From a virus (Duplodnaviria > Caudoviricetes), in IMG/VR virus record IMGVR_UViG_3300046710_000270, positions 1-46,650 of that record: a DNA stretch of 46,650 nucleotides. The stretch is one strand, 5' to 3'. The position numbers and the translations under genes are program-made. Shown piece by piece: positions 1 through 7,800 of this stretch (position 1 is its first letter; every line of letters starts with the position of its first letter). The notes under the pieces are model-generated. The model saw nothing but the letters and a program-made list of their open reading frames with translations. It made no database searches and was not told the origin of the DNA.

Positions 1-117
1 AATGACCCTTTTAGTGAGGGGCGAAAGGTGTTCGTTATGAAAATCATAGGTCATCATTCCTTCTTCCATTTTGCTTATGTCTAGCAGGGAGTTTACCAGG
101 CCGATGAGCCGGTATGT

Positions 118-160
118 TGTAGGCGCGTGTTAAAACTTTTTGTTGAAAATTGTTAAAACT
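118..160 (+). repeat. Phage end (methylase side) with putative transposase-binding repeats
   Basis: TGTAGGCGCG start; TGTTAAAACT at 128 and 151; TGTTGAAAAT at 141. Confidence 0.65.
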
Positions 161-238
161 CCCTTTTTGAAAAGTGCCTCTGTGGTCAAAGTAGGTTTGA
201 CAACTTAGTAGAAAACCTCTCCAAAACTACCATTAAAC

Positions 239-1015
239 TCATTCTTTCGGGACGTAATTTGTGATCAGGAGTTCCTTGACCGCTTTTCTTCGTTGAGCGC
301 CGCAAACGGTGTAGCTTGTTGCGACCTGGGTGATATGAAAAACACTGAAGAGTGAACGAATCTGAGGGACATCATTGATCGACATAATAAACTTGCCCGT
401 GAGACGGGAGAGAATGCTGGCCAGGCGTGAGAAGTCGTCACGGGAGAAGATATCCTTGCCGTAGCAATCCTCGCAGCCGTGGTAGGGCGGATCGATGTAG
501 AAGAACGTGTGCTCTTTGTCGAAGCGCGCGAGGATCTGCTCGTAGGGAAGGTTCTCGATATAGACCCTGGAGAGCCTCAGATGGACTGCGGACAGCTCTT
601 CCTCGATGCGCAGCAGGTTGAAGCTGGGGCGCTTGGTCGTGGAGATCCCGAATGATGGCGCGCGCAGGCGGGCGCCGTAGCCGCCTCTCAGCAGATAGTA
701 AAACCTGACCGCCCGCTGGATGTCCGTGAGGGTCCCGGGGCGCTCCAGCTTGAAGCGCTCGAACTCGTCGCGCGCGACCAGCAGCCAGCGCAGATAGCGG
801 ATGAACTCATCGAGGTGATGTTTGATGACCCGGTATAGGGTCACCAGGTCCGTGTTGATGTCATTGATGATCTCGACCTCCGACTCCTCCTTCCTGAAGA
901 GCAGCCAGGCCGCGCCCGCGAATACTTCACAATAACAGGTGTGGGCCGGGATCAAGGGCAGGATCTTGCTGACCAATAACGATTTGCCGCCGTAGTACGC
1001 GAGAAAGCTTTTCAT
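239..1015 (-). CDS. D12-class N6-adenine DNA methyltransferase (Dam-like)
   Basis: YYGGKS, EVFAG, NDIN and DPPY motifs; ATG at 1015 preceded by GGGAGG; terminal position as in B3-like phages. Confidence 0.93.
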   Translation of the reverse strand: MKSFLAYYGGKSLLVSKILPLIPAHTCYCEVFAGAAWLLFRKEESEVEIINDINTDLVTLYRVIKHHLDEFIRYLRWLLVARDEFERFKLERPGTLTDIQRAVRFYYLLRGGYGARLRAPSFGISTTKRPSFNLLRIEEELSAVHLRLSRVYIENLPYEQILARFDKEHTFFYIDPPYHGCEDCYGKDIFSRDDFSRLASILSRLTGKFIMSINDVPQIRSLFSVFHITQVATSYTVCGAQRRKAVKELLITNYVPKE

Positions 1016-1213
1016 GGTGCCTCCCTTTTGCGGGTACCCGTCCCGGACGATAACCATCATGACCGGATGGTAACGGGTTACTCCGTCCTGTGCTGGTAAC
1101 ACAGGGTTGGGGAGACATCTACTCCCTCGACTGCTGTCCGGCCAACGAGCGCCGGCGACTTCTTACAAGCCCTTACGAGACCCGGTTTGCGACCGGGGTA
1201 ACGATCCTGCTCC

Positions 1214-1513
1214 CTATCTTTTCGGGTGGAGTATCTCATCGATGACGTCAGGTCCCGAGGCCGGGATCCAGTCCACCCAAACCGTATCGCTGTAATCATA
1301 GATAAGAGGTTTGTTCTGCGGGTTGATGGTTGCTTTGCCTGAATAGGGAACTGCTGTTACGGTGCCGCCTTTGACCACAGAGGCACTTTCACGGTTTATC
1401 CAGGGTTTATTCTCCGGGTTGATCGACTTGAGCGCTGCTTCTTCAGCAGGAGTCAACGCGTAACAGGTGCCGCCCAGAAGCACGAACGCAATGATTATAA
1501 CTAACGTTTTCAT
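1214..1513 (-). CDS. Small protein with signal peptide
   Basis: MKTLVIIIAFVLLGGTCYA N-terminus; internal INPENKP/INPQNKP repeat; GGAGG RBS. Confidence 0.65.
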   Translation of the reverse strand: MKTLVIIIAFVLLGGTCYALTPAEEAALKSINPENKPWINRESASVVKGGTVTAVPYSGKATINPQNKPLIYDYSDTVWVDWIPASGPDVIDEILHPKR

Positions 1514-1528
1514 ATACCCTCCCTTTCT

Positions 1529-2287
1529 CTAAATTTCCCACCAACTGAAATAGGCGCCGCCGGTCGATGTGGTGTGATACCAGACGGTTTGAGGCGCGTA
1601 GACTTCGACATCGAAGGGCGCTATGGCGCTCGACGCCTTGATGCCAAAGCCCTCGTTGTTGGAGCAGATATAGGTCCATCCCGGAGAGGCGGCACCGAGC
1701 GTACCTCCGGTCTTTTTGGCTGTGTAGGGGATGATCTCTGATAGATCGATAGATGTCGGGGTAGCATCTGTCCCCCCCGAGATCTTCTGCACCTCGGCGA
1801 CATCTACATGGCGGTCGCGTTGCCGTATGGTGATGAAATCACTGCCAGCGTCATTGTAAATGGCCGAACCGCCGTTGATGAGGCCCTTATAGGTATATCC
1901 CGACGGAAGCACGGGCGTGGTCTTGCTCAGGGATAGTATCAGGGCTCGCGTGCCGTCAGGCTTGGCAATCGCCCATATATAATACCAAGTACTCGGGGCT
2001 TCGCTCCCTGTATCGAGTCCGCCCGCGCCGGAGCCCGTAATGTCAGCCGTCCGATTGAACGCGCTCAGGTTCATGCGGGAGCCGTCCGGGCCTTCGACGA
2101 TGACGAAGTCGGCGATCGCGTATACCCGCGTCGTCTCGTACCCGAAGGAGTTCTGGATATAGAGATTCAGGGCGGCGCCTGCCGGCATTATCGCGTCGGC
2201 GGCACCTATGAGCACGGCGAAATTTCCGTCGATCATCGCCTTATACGTGGATGAGTCCTGTGTCGTGTAATCGGTCTGGCCGAACAT
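1529..2287 (-). CDS. Putative tail fibre / receptor-binding protein
   Basis: Follows the tail-tip gene; GGLDTGSEAPSTWYYIWAI...LPSGY segment typical of fibre N-proximal domains. Confidence 0.7.
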   Translation of the reverse strand: MFGQTDYTTQDSSTYKAMIDGNFAVLIGAADAIMPAGAALNLYIQNSFGYETTRVYAIADFVIVEGPDGSRMNLSAFNRTADITGSGAGGLDTGSEAPSTWYYIWAIAKPDGTRALILSLSKTTPVLPSGYTYKGLINGGSAIYNDAGSDFITIRQRDRHVDVAEVQKISGGTDATPTSIDLSEIIPYTAKKTGGTLGAASPGWTYICSNNEGFGIKASSAIAPFDVEVYAPQTVWYHTTSTGGAYFSWWEI

Positions 2288-2288
2288 T

Positions 2289-5200
2289 CTACACCCCCTT
2301 TGCTTCCCAGTTTATGGCGCCGGCGGCGGTTGCCCCGGCTGAGTCGAAGAGCTCCGCCCGGAAGGCTGTTTGCGTCTGTGAGACGATCGTGAAGGTCCGT
2401 AAGGTTGCGCCCACGGGCGTGATCTGCAGGGCCGGGTAATTGTTGAACGGGTTGGCATAGGTGATGTCCTCGCCCCCCGAGGCGACCGCGACGTTGATGC
2501 CGACCTCCATCCTGCTTTGGGCGCCGACCGTGCTGGCGAGATCGTCCAGGGAGGCTACGCCGAGGGACGTGTCGACCGTAATCTTGAATTTGACCGCATC
2601 GGCGCTGACCTCGCCTACACTCCAGTCCGACCAGGCGGAGGTCCAGGAACCGCCGATATCAAATTTCATCTGGCTCAGCGGATTGGCAACACCGGTCGCG
2701 CCCGGGAGGAGGCTGGAGGTGATGTCCACGTAGGGGCGGCAGCGCACGATCCACGTCCAGGCGAGCGGGTCCGTCTCGTAGGTGGCAATGGCGACCGGGT
2801 TGGGCACGGCGAGATCGAACGTGTCCCAATCGTCATCGGCGGCTACACCCTGGGAACAGGGCACGAGCTTACGGGAGACTTCGTGACGGACGAAGCCCGT
2901 CAGCGTTCCGGGCCAGAGGAGCGCTTTTTCGCTGGCGACGGAGGCGAGGGTCACGTCCACGGTGGATAGGGTGAGGTCGCACGTCGCGGGTGTGGCAGAA
3001 TAATTGCCGAAGGAGTCGCGGGCGCAGAGAAAGAAGGTCCACGTGCCCGTGCCCACCTTGGCGCTGACCAGGTGCGTGCCCTTGGCGGAGACCGTAAGGG
3101 GCGTGGCATCTGCCCAGGAGGATCCGACCGGGCCGAACCTGATCTCGTAGGAGAAGCTGTTCGTGCCGGCGATCTCCGGCCAGGAGAAGGCGACAAAATA
3201 GGCATTCTGCGCGGCGCTGAGCCAGGCCACGTCGGCCGGGTGGGTCTGTTTACCGGTGACGGTGATCGTATCGGATGGCGCGTCTCCGGGAGCGCTCTTT
3301 TGCCCCGCGACGTTGACGGTGGCCACGGCGATCGTGTAATCTCCCGGCGCGTCCGCCCGGATCCGGGCCGAGCTTCCCGGCCCCTTGGCGTAGGCCGCGA
3401 GCTGCCAGGGCGTGGCGGCGGCGCCGGAGGCGGCCACCTTGAGCCAGACTTCGGCGCCGGCGTAATAGAAGGAGTTGGGCAGGTACCAGTAGACGTCGAG
3501 ATAATCGTAGATCGAGCCGTCCTGGTTGGTGATATAGATCTCCTGGAGGGTAAGACCCGTGACCGGAGGGAGCAGGTCGGCGGTCGGGATCGTGTTGTCC
3601 GGGATGACGGGGGTGAGCGTATCCACGTTGTAGATGCTCGCGTTGTAATCGATCGCGCGGATCGTCGTTTCCTGGTCGGGGACGGTCGACTTGTCGGCGA
3701 TCCTCGCCTGGCGCAGGTAGACGCTCGCCTTGCCGAAGCCCCAGACGTCGAGCGGATCCGGCACGGCCGAGAACGTCGCCGGGGCTATGGAGAGGATCGT
3801 ATGCGCGCCCGCGGAGGAGGTGACGGTTTTGCGCTCGATGATGCCGGTGTCGGAGTGGCGCACGGCAATCTTGTAGGTGTCCCCGGACTCATCGATCGTG
3901 ACGGGCGTGTCGAGCGTGACCGTGCTGGCCGTGGCTGCCACGAGTTTCCCCGCCGTGCCGAAGAGCCCCGAGTCGTCCTGGATATCGATCACGTCGCCGA
4001 TGGCGGCGACGACGGCCTCGGCGTCCACCTGAAATTCATACTGCCTGAGCAGATACTCGTTGCAGGCGAGTTGATAGCTGACGATGCGCCAGCCCTCAGA
4101 ATACTTGGTTACGCCCGCGAGGTCGACGGTGGCCGTATTCGTTTTCGAGGCCAGGCGCGGGTTGAAGTCGGAGATGGTCTGCTGCGCGTAGTCATTGGCC
4201 GCGTCTTTGAAATTGACGCCTTCCACCTTCGATGCCCTGTCGGCCAGCGGCAGCCATGTTTTTTTAAAGCTCCCCGGTTTCATGTCCGCCCGCGTGAACA
4301 TCTGCTCCGCGGCTCCCGTGATGGCCTTGTCCGTGACAACCTTGAACTTCACGCCGTTCCAGACGAGGAAGGAACGCGCCAGCGAGAGCACATGGTTCGC
4401 CGCATCAAAGGGGTTGGTCTCCCGGTCGAAACCGCCGTTGTAGGTGATGCGCGCCTCGGTGCCGCCCGCGCCGTCGGGGCAGGCCTCGTTGCAGTAGGCG
4501 GCGCACTCCGCGAAGCTGCTCAGGTCGAGCTGGGACGGGTCCTTACAGTCATACCGCAGCACGTTGTAGCTGTTATCATAAACGGGCTGGGTGAGGATGT
4601 CGAAGGCGACCCAGGCGGGGTTGGTCGTGTAGGCGACCGACCAGGTCTCTGCCTCGCTGTCGTAGACCCTGCAGAGCAGTCCTTCCAGGATGAACGAGGC
4701 GCGCACGCTGCCGCTGATCTGGCTCGTGGCGATGGCGCGGATCCCGACGAGGGCGTGTCGGGGATAGGTGAAATCGTCGAAGTAGACCTCGCGCACCGAG
4801 GTGAGATAGACATCCTGCCCGTACTGCCAGACGCCCTCGTCGACGAGGTCGGCCACCTGCTTGGTGATCCTGACATAGTGCGTGCCCCTGGAGGTGACCG
4901 TGCAATAGACCGTATGCCTGATGGCGGAGGTGCGGCAGTTGGCGAAGCTCGCGATGGCCACGAGCTGATATTCGGCGTCGCCGGCCTTATAGACCTCGAC
5001 CTCGTAACACATGCCCAGGGGGAAGTAGCCGTCGTCGTTGGCGCCCCAAAGGCCGGTCGGGAAGGTGATGTCAATCTCCAAGGCGTCGTAATCGTCGTCG
5101 GGGGTCTCGTATATATATTGGCCGGTGCCATTGCGCACCTCGACGGACATGGAGTATTCGACGGCGGTATTGTTGAAATTGGAGATTGCGGCCTGGCGCA

Positions 5201-6503
5201 TGGCGCCCAGGCGGTATTCGATGGAGACGCCGAGGAGCGCCGTGGCATCCTGATCGTTGATCATCGGGGCGGTTATCGACTGGACGGGGCCCGTACCCAG
5301 GTCGATCAGGACGTTCAGGATCTGCTTGTCGCCTTCGGCATCGCCATAGGCCTGTGTGTTGGCGGCGATGATATTGCCGTAGACCTTGATTCTGCCGTAC
5401 CAGCGGGGAACGGGCAGCCCCTGCTGCTGGACGGTCTGCGGGCTGAATCCGTAGACCGAAGGGGCGACGGCCTCGCCCGGGGTTGTGATCTTCGGCGCCA
5501 GCAGATAGCTGGCGAGCGTCCCGAGAGCAACGGTGTAGGGGATGAGGAACTGTGCGCCGGGGATGATCATCTCGGCGAAGACCGCCAGCATCGTGAGGAT
5601 CCCCGCGGTGCTCTGGTCTTCGACCAGGGGAACGAGCAGAACCTGGGCGCCGGGGGCGAGGTGCGTCCCGTCCCAGGCCTCCCCGGGGATCCGGCGGCCG
5701 TTGATGGAGGCGGCGAACCGGACGCCGTCCGGTGCGTAGACAACCCGATAGTCCGCGAGCGTGGTGCCGGGTATATACTCGACCTCGAAGCGCGAGCGCT
5801 GCGAGCGGTCGAGAGGATCGTGGACGAGGATAATTGTTACGAGTTCCGGGTTACGGCCCGCCACGGCGGGCTGTTCCGCGTTGCAACTCGTAACTCGTAA
5901 CTCGTAACTCGTAACCTCTTTCGGCGCCGTGTCCCAATATCCCGCGATCTTGCGGCTCCACACCGGATGGTCGAGACGCTCGATGCAGGAGCGCAGCGGG
6001 CGGCCGTGGCTGTCGCGCCGCACGTGGATGAAACGCTTGCGGTCCTCCAGCACCACGCCCATGTGCGAGGCGAAGGGCGGCACGCTGGTGAAGGAGACGA
6101 GACAGAAAGGCTCGGGGCGACTCAACCGCGCGAAGCCGTGCGCCCGGAAGTCGGCGTCGATCCGCTCCGGATCGATCTCGTCGTATGCATACTCCGGGAG
6201 ATCCTTGCCGGCCCTGCGGAACATCTCCATGGCCAGGCCGTAGCAATCAAAGCCGGTTTTATCGCGCCCGCCCTTCTTCCAGGGGATACCGATCAGGTCG
6301 GAGTAGACAGGAAGGAAAGGGGTCAAGGGTTCCAGGGTTCCAGGGTTCCAGGGTTCCAGGGTTCCAGGGTTCCAGGGTTCCAGGGTTCCAGGGTTCCAGG
6401 GTTCCAGGGTTCCAGGGTTCCGGGGTTCCGGGGTCCCGGGGTTCGAGTATTTACCCTTGAGACCTTGACCCCTTGACCCCTTGGACCCTGTCAAACTCAT
6501 CAT
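2289..6503 (-). CDS. Tail-tip fusion: NlpC/P60 (gpK-like) + gpI-like + host-specificity J-like
   Basis: GFDCYGL...HMGV NlpC motif; PVPRWYG and NPAW TipJ motifs; ATG at 6503 overlaps the upstream TGA (ATGA). Confidence 0.85.
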   Translation of the reverse strand: MMSLTGSKGSRGQGLKGKYSNPGTPEPRNPGTLEPWNPGTLEPWNPGTLEPWNPGTLEPLTPFLPVYSDLIGIPWKKGGRDKTGFDCYGLAMEMFRRAGKDLPEYAYDEIDPERIDADFRAHGFARLSRPEPFCLVSFTSVPPFASHMGVVLEDRKRFIHVRRDSHGRPLRSCIERLDHPVWSRKIAGYWDTAPKEVTSYELRVTSCNAEQPAVAGRNPELVTIILVHDPLDRSQRSRFEVEYIPGTTLADYRVVYAPDGVRFAASINGRRIPGEAWDGTHLAPGAQVLLVPLVEDQSTAGILTMLAVFAEMIIPGAQFLIPYTVALGTLASYLLAPKITTPGEAVAPSVYGFSPQTVQQQGLPVPRWYGRIKVYGNIIAANTQAYGDAEGDKQILNVLIDLGTGPVQSITAPMINDQDATALLGVSIEYRLGAMRQAAISNFNNTAVEYSMSVEVRNGTGQYIYETPDDDYDALEIDITFPTGLWGANDDGYFPLGMCYEVEVYKAGDAEYQLVAIASFANCRTSAIRHTVYCTVTSRGTHYVRITKQVADLVDEGVWQYGQDVYLTSVREVYFDDFTYPRHALVGIRAIATSQISGSVRASFILEGLLCRVYDSEAETWSVAYTTNPAWVAFDILTQPVYDNSYNVLRYDCKDPSQLDLSSFAECAAYCNEACPDGAGGTEARITYNGGFDRETNPFDAANHVLSLARSFLVWNGVKFKVVTDKAITGAAEQMFTRADMKPGSFKKTWLPLADRASKVEGVNFKDAANDYAQQTISDFNPRLASKTNTATVDLAGVTKYSEGWRIVSYQLACNEYLLRQYEFQVDAEAVVAAIGDVIDIQDDSGLFGTAGKLVAATASTVTLDTPVTIDESGDTYKIAVRHSDTGIIERKTVTSSAGAHTILSIAPATFSAVPDPLDVWGFGKASVYLRQARIADKSTVPDQETTIRAIDYNASIYNVDTLTPVIPDNTIPTADLLPPVTGLTLQEIYITNQDGSIYDYLDVYWYLPNSFYYAGAEVWLKVAASGAAATPWQLAAYAKGPGSSARIRADAPGDYTIAVATVNVAGQKSAPGDAPSDTITVTGKQTHPADVAWLSAAQNAYFVAFSWPEIAGTNSFSYEIRFGPVGSSWADATPLTVSAKGTHLVSAKVGTGTWTFFLCARDSFGNYSATPATCDLTLSTVDVTLASVASEKALLWPGTLTGFVRHEVSRKLVPCSQGVAADDDWDTFDLAVPNPVAIATYETDPLAWTWIVRCRPYVDITSSLLPGATGVANPLSQMKFDIGGSWTSAWSDWSVGEVSADAVKFKITVDTSLGVASLDDLASTVGAQSRMEVGINVAVASGGEDITYANPFNNYPALQITPVGATLRTFTIVSQTQTAFRAELFDSAGATAAGAINWEAKGV
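5840..5915. repeat. TAACTCG heptamer element, in frame at the NlpC/gpI junction
   Basis: GCAACTCG(TAACTCG)3TAAC plus a GAGTTCCGGGTTAC arm; translated as EVTSYELRVTS...RNPELVT. Confidence 0.8.
6319..6490. repeat. (AGGGTTCC)12 plus 3 variant units, spacer, (CCCCTTGA)n element, in frame at the 5' end of the tail-tip gene
   Basis: Counted directly: 12 perfect units at 6326-6421; encodes LEPWNPGT repeats. Confidence 0.95.
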
Positions 6504-7138
6504 ACCAGCCTGAAGTTCGGATTGAGCATACCGACCTGGCCGCCGAAATTGACGCTGTTGCCGTGGGCACGGCAATCCTCAAGTGTGCCCTTACACGTGG
6601 CCAGGGCGCCGGAGTAATTGCACTCCATGTTGGCCACGGCGTACCAGGGGAGCCAGGCGCAGTAACTCGCGGCATAGACGTGCAGGGGAAAGCGCTGGCT
6701 GGTGATGTACGGAGCGCCCAGGGTGAAATAGACCCACTGCTCGTCGCACGACGTGGCGATGATCTCGTAGGTGACCGCGAGGTCAGCGTAGTCGGACGCC
6801 GGGGTAAGGTGGGCATAGTTGACAATCGTCCAGGTCACCGCTGACGCCACGGCGCCCCCGAGACTCTCGAGATAGGATTCCAGATAGCGCAGCGTGTTCG
6901 AAACCTTGATCGTCCGCGTCGGGATCTCCCCCTTGGAGATCTCCTTGTGCACGTCCGGATCGAAGGGAAACCCGGTATAGAGTTGGCCGCCGTAGGTCAC
7001 GTCCTCGGTATTGCGCACAAAATAGAGGAGGGTCGGCGTCGGTGTGGTGTTGAGCGTGATATCGAGGAAATGCAGCCACGGATTCTTGGAATTGACCGCA
7101 TAAACTTCCGGGATGACGGCGGAGGGGAGGGACTTCAT
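6500..7138 (-). CDS. Minor tail protein L-like
   Basis: YTGFPF; C-terminal Cys cluster C..C.YSG...C.GT..DC....N..NFGG; synteny. Confidence 0.8.
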   Translation of the reverse strand: MKSLPSAVIPEVYAVNSKNPWLHFLDITLNTTPTPTLLYFVRNTEDVTYGGQLYTGFPFDPDVHKEISKGEIPTRTIKVSNTLRYLESYLESLGGAVASAVTWTIVNYAHLTPASDYADLAVTYEIIATSCDEQWVYFTLGAPYITSQRFPLHVYAASYCAWLPWYAVANMECNYSGALATCKGTLEDCRAHGNSVNFGGQVGMLNPNFRLV

Positions 7139-7260
7139 GAGAAAACCCCGGGGTTCCAGGGTTCCAGGGTTCCAGGGTTCGAGGGTTCGAGGGTTCGAGG
7201 GTTCGAGTATTTACCCTTGAGATCTTGACCCCTTGACCCCTTGACCCCTGTCTTTTTCAT
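7135..7260 (-). CDS. 41-aa repeat-derived bridging mini-ORF
   Basis: ATGA overlaps with both neighbours; spans the repeat element at 7150-7250. Confidence 0.45.
   Translation of the reverse strand: MKKTGVKGSRGQDLKGKYSNPRTLEPSNPGTLEPWNPGVFS
7150..7250. repeat. GGGTTC(C/G)A / CCCCTTGA element
   Basis: Shares 45 bp (1 mismatch), including the central spacer, with the element at 6439-6483. Confidence 0.95.
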
Positions 7261-7799
7261 ACTTCCTGCAGCACTACATCCGCCTGGGCGAGGCCCGGCC
7301 GGGTGTGTGATTTTTTGATCGGGCCGGCGAAGGTGACGATGCGGGAATTCTCGGCCCAGACCAGCGTGGAGGGGGACGCCTCGGCGACGGTGGCAGCCTC
7401 GGTCGTCGGCCAGATAGGCTCGGTGGTATCGTCGCTCGTGCCTCCTGTGACGGCCCGGTAGGAGTGGCCGTTCATGCCCGTCGGCCGGCAGATCTCCCCG
7501 GCAAGGTAAGGGTGGTCGGCGCACCAGGCAAGGGAGGGCTCCTTCGCCTCGTCGGGATCGGCCCACCAGAAGGCGTCGGCGCCGCGCACGGAATCGTAGA
7601 AGGCGAGCAAAAGGCCGAGGTCGGCCAGGGTCATGTGGGGGTAGGAGAGATGAAATGTCTTCCTGTTCCGGGTATAGCGCGGCCGCGTGTGCTGGTACCC
7701 GGCCGCCTTGTCGGAGCGGACGACCTGCGCGTCGTCGTCATCGATAGCCACGGGATAGGCCGGGTTGGCCGAGAGTGCGGGATAGGTCGAGCCGGGCAT
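7257..7799 (-). CDS. Distal tail (gpM/Dit-like) protein with inserted domain
   Basis: Follows the tape measure gene; G.QHTRPRYTR and F.W.DP motifs. Confidence 0.7.
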   Translation of the reverse strand: MPGSTYPALSANPAYPVAIDDDDAQVVRSDKAAGYQHTRPRYTRNRKTFHLSYPHMTLADLGLLLAFYDSVRGADAFWWADPDEAKEPSLAWCADHPYLAGEICRPTGMNGHSYRAVTGGTSDDTTEPIWPTTEAATVAEASPSTLVWAENSRIVTFAGPIKKSHTRPGLAQADVVLQEV

Positions 7800-7800
7800 C

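Noticed and set aside
1214-2287. Gin-type invertible tail-fibre segment
   Set aside because: No invertase gene, inverted fibre copy or flanking inverted sites seen.
3072-5900. Long plus-strand ORFs (also 23989-25416, 29432-30652, 40888-42297, 17058-18398)
   Set aside because: Antisense shadows of high-GC minus-strand genes, with no recognisable motifs.
6326-6445. Array as a CRISPR or telomere-like repeat
   Set aside because: 8-nt tandem units with no unique spacers, no cas genes, and an internal location.
6504-6575. Upstream start extensions given in the ORF track (also 1102, 21681, 27163, 31408, 45252)
   Set aside because: Downstream starts have better RBS or translational-coupling support.
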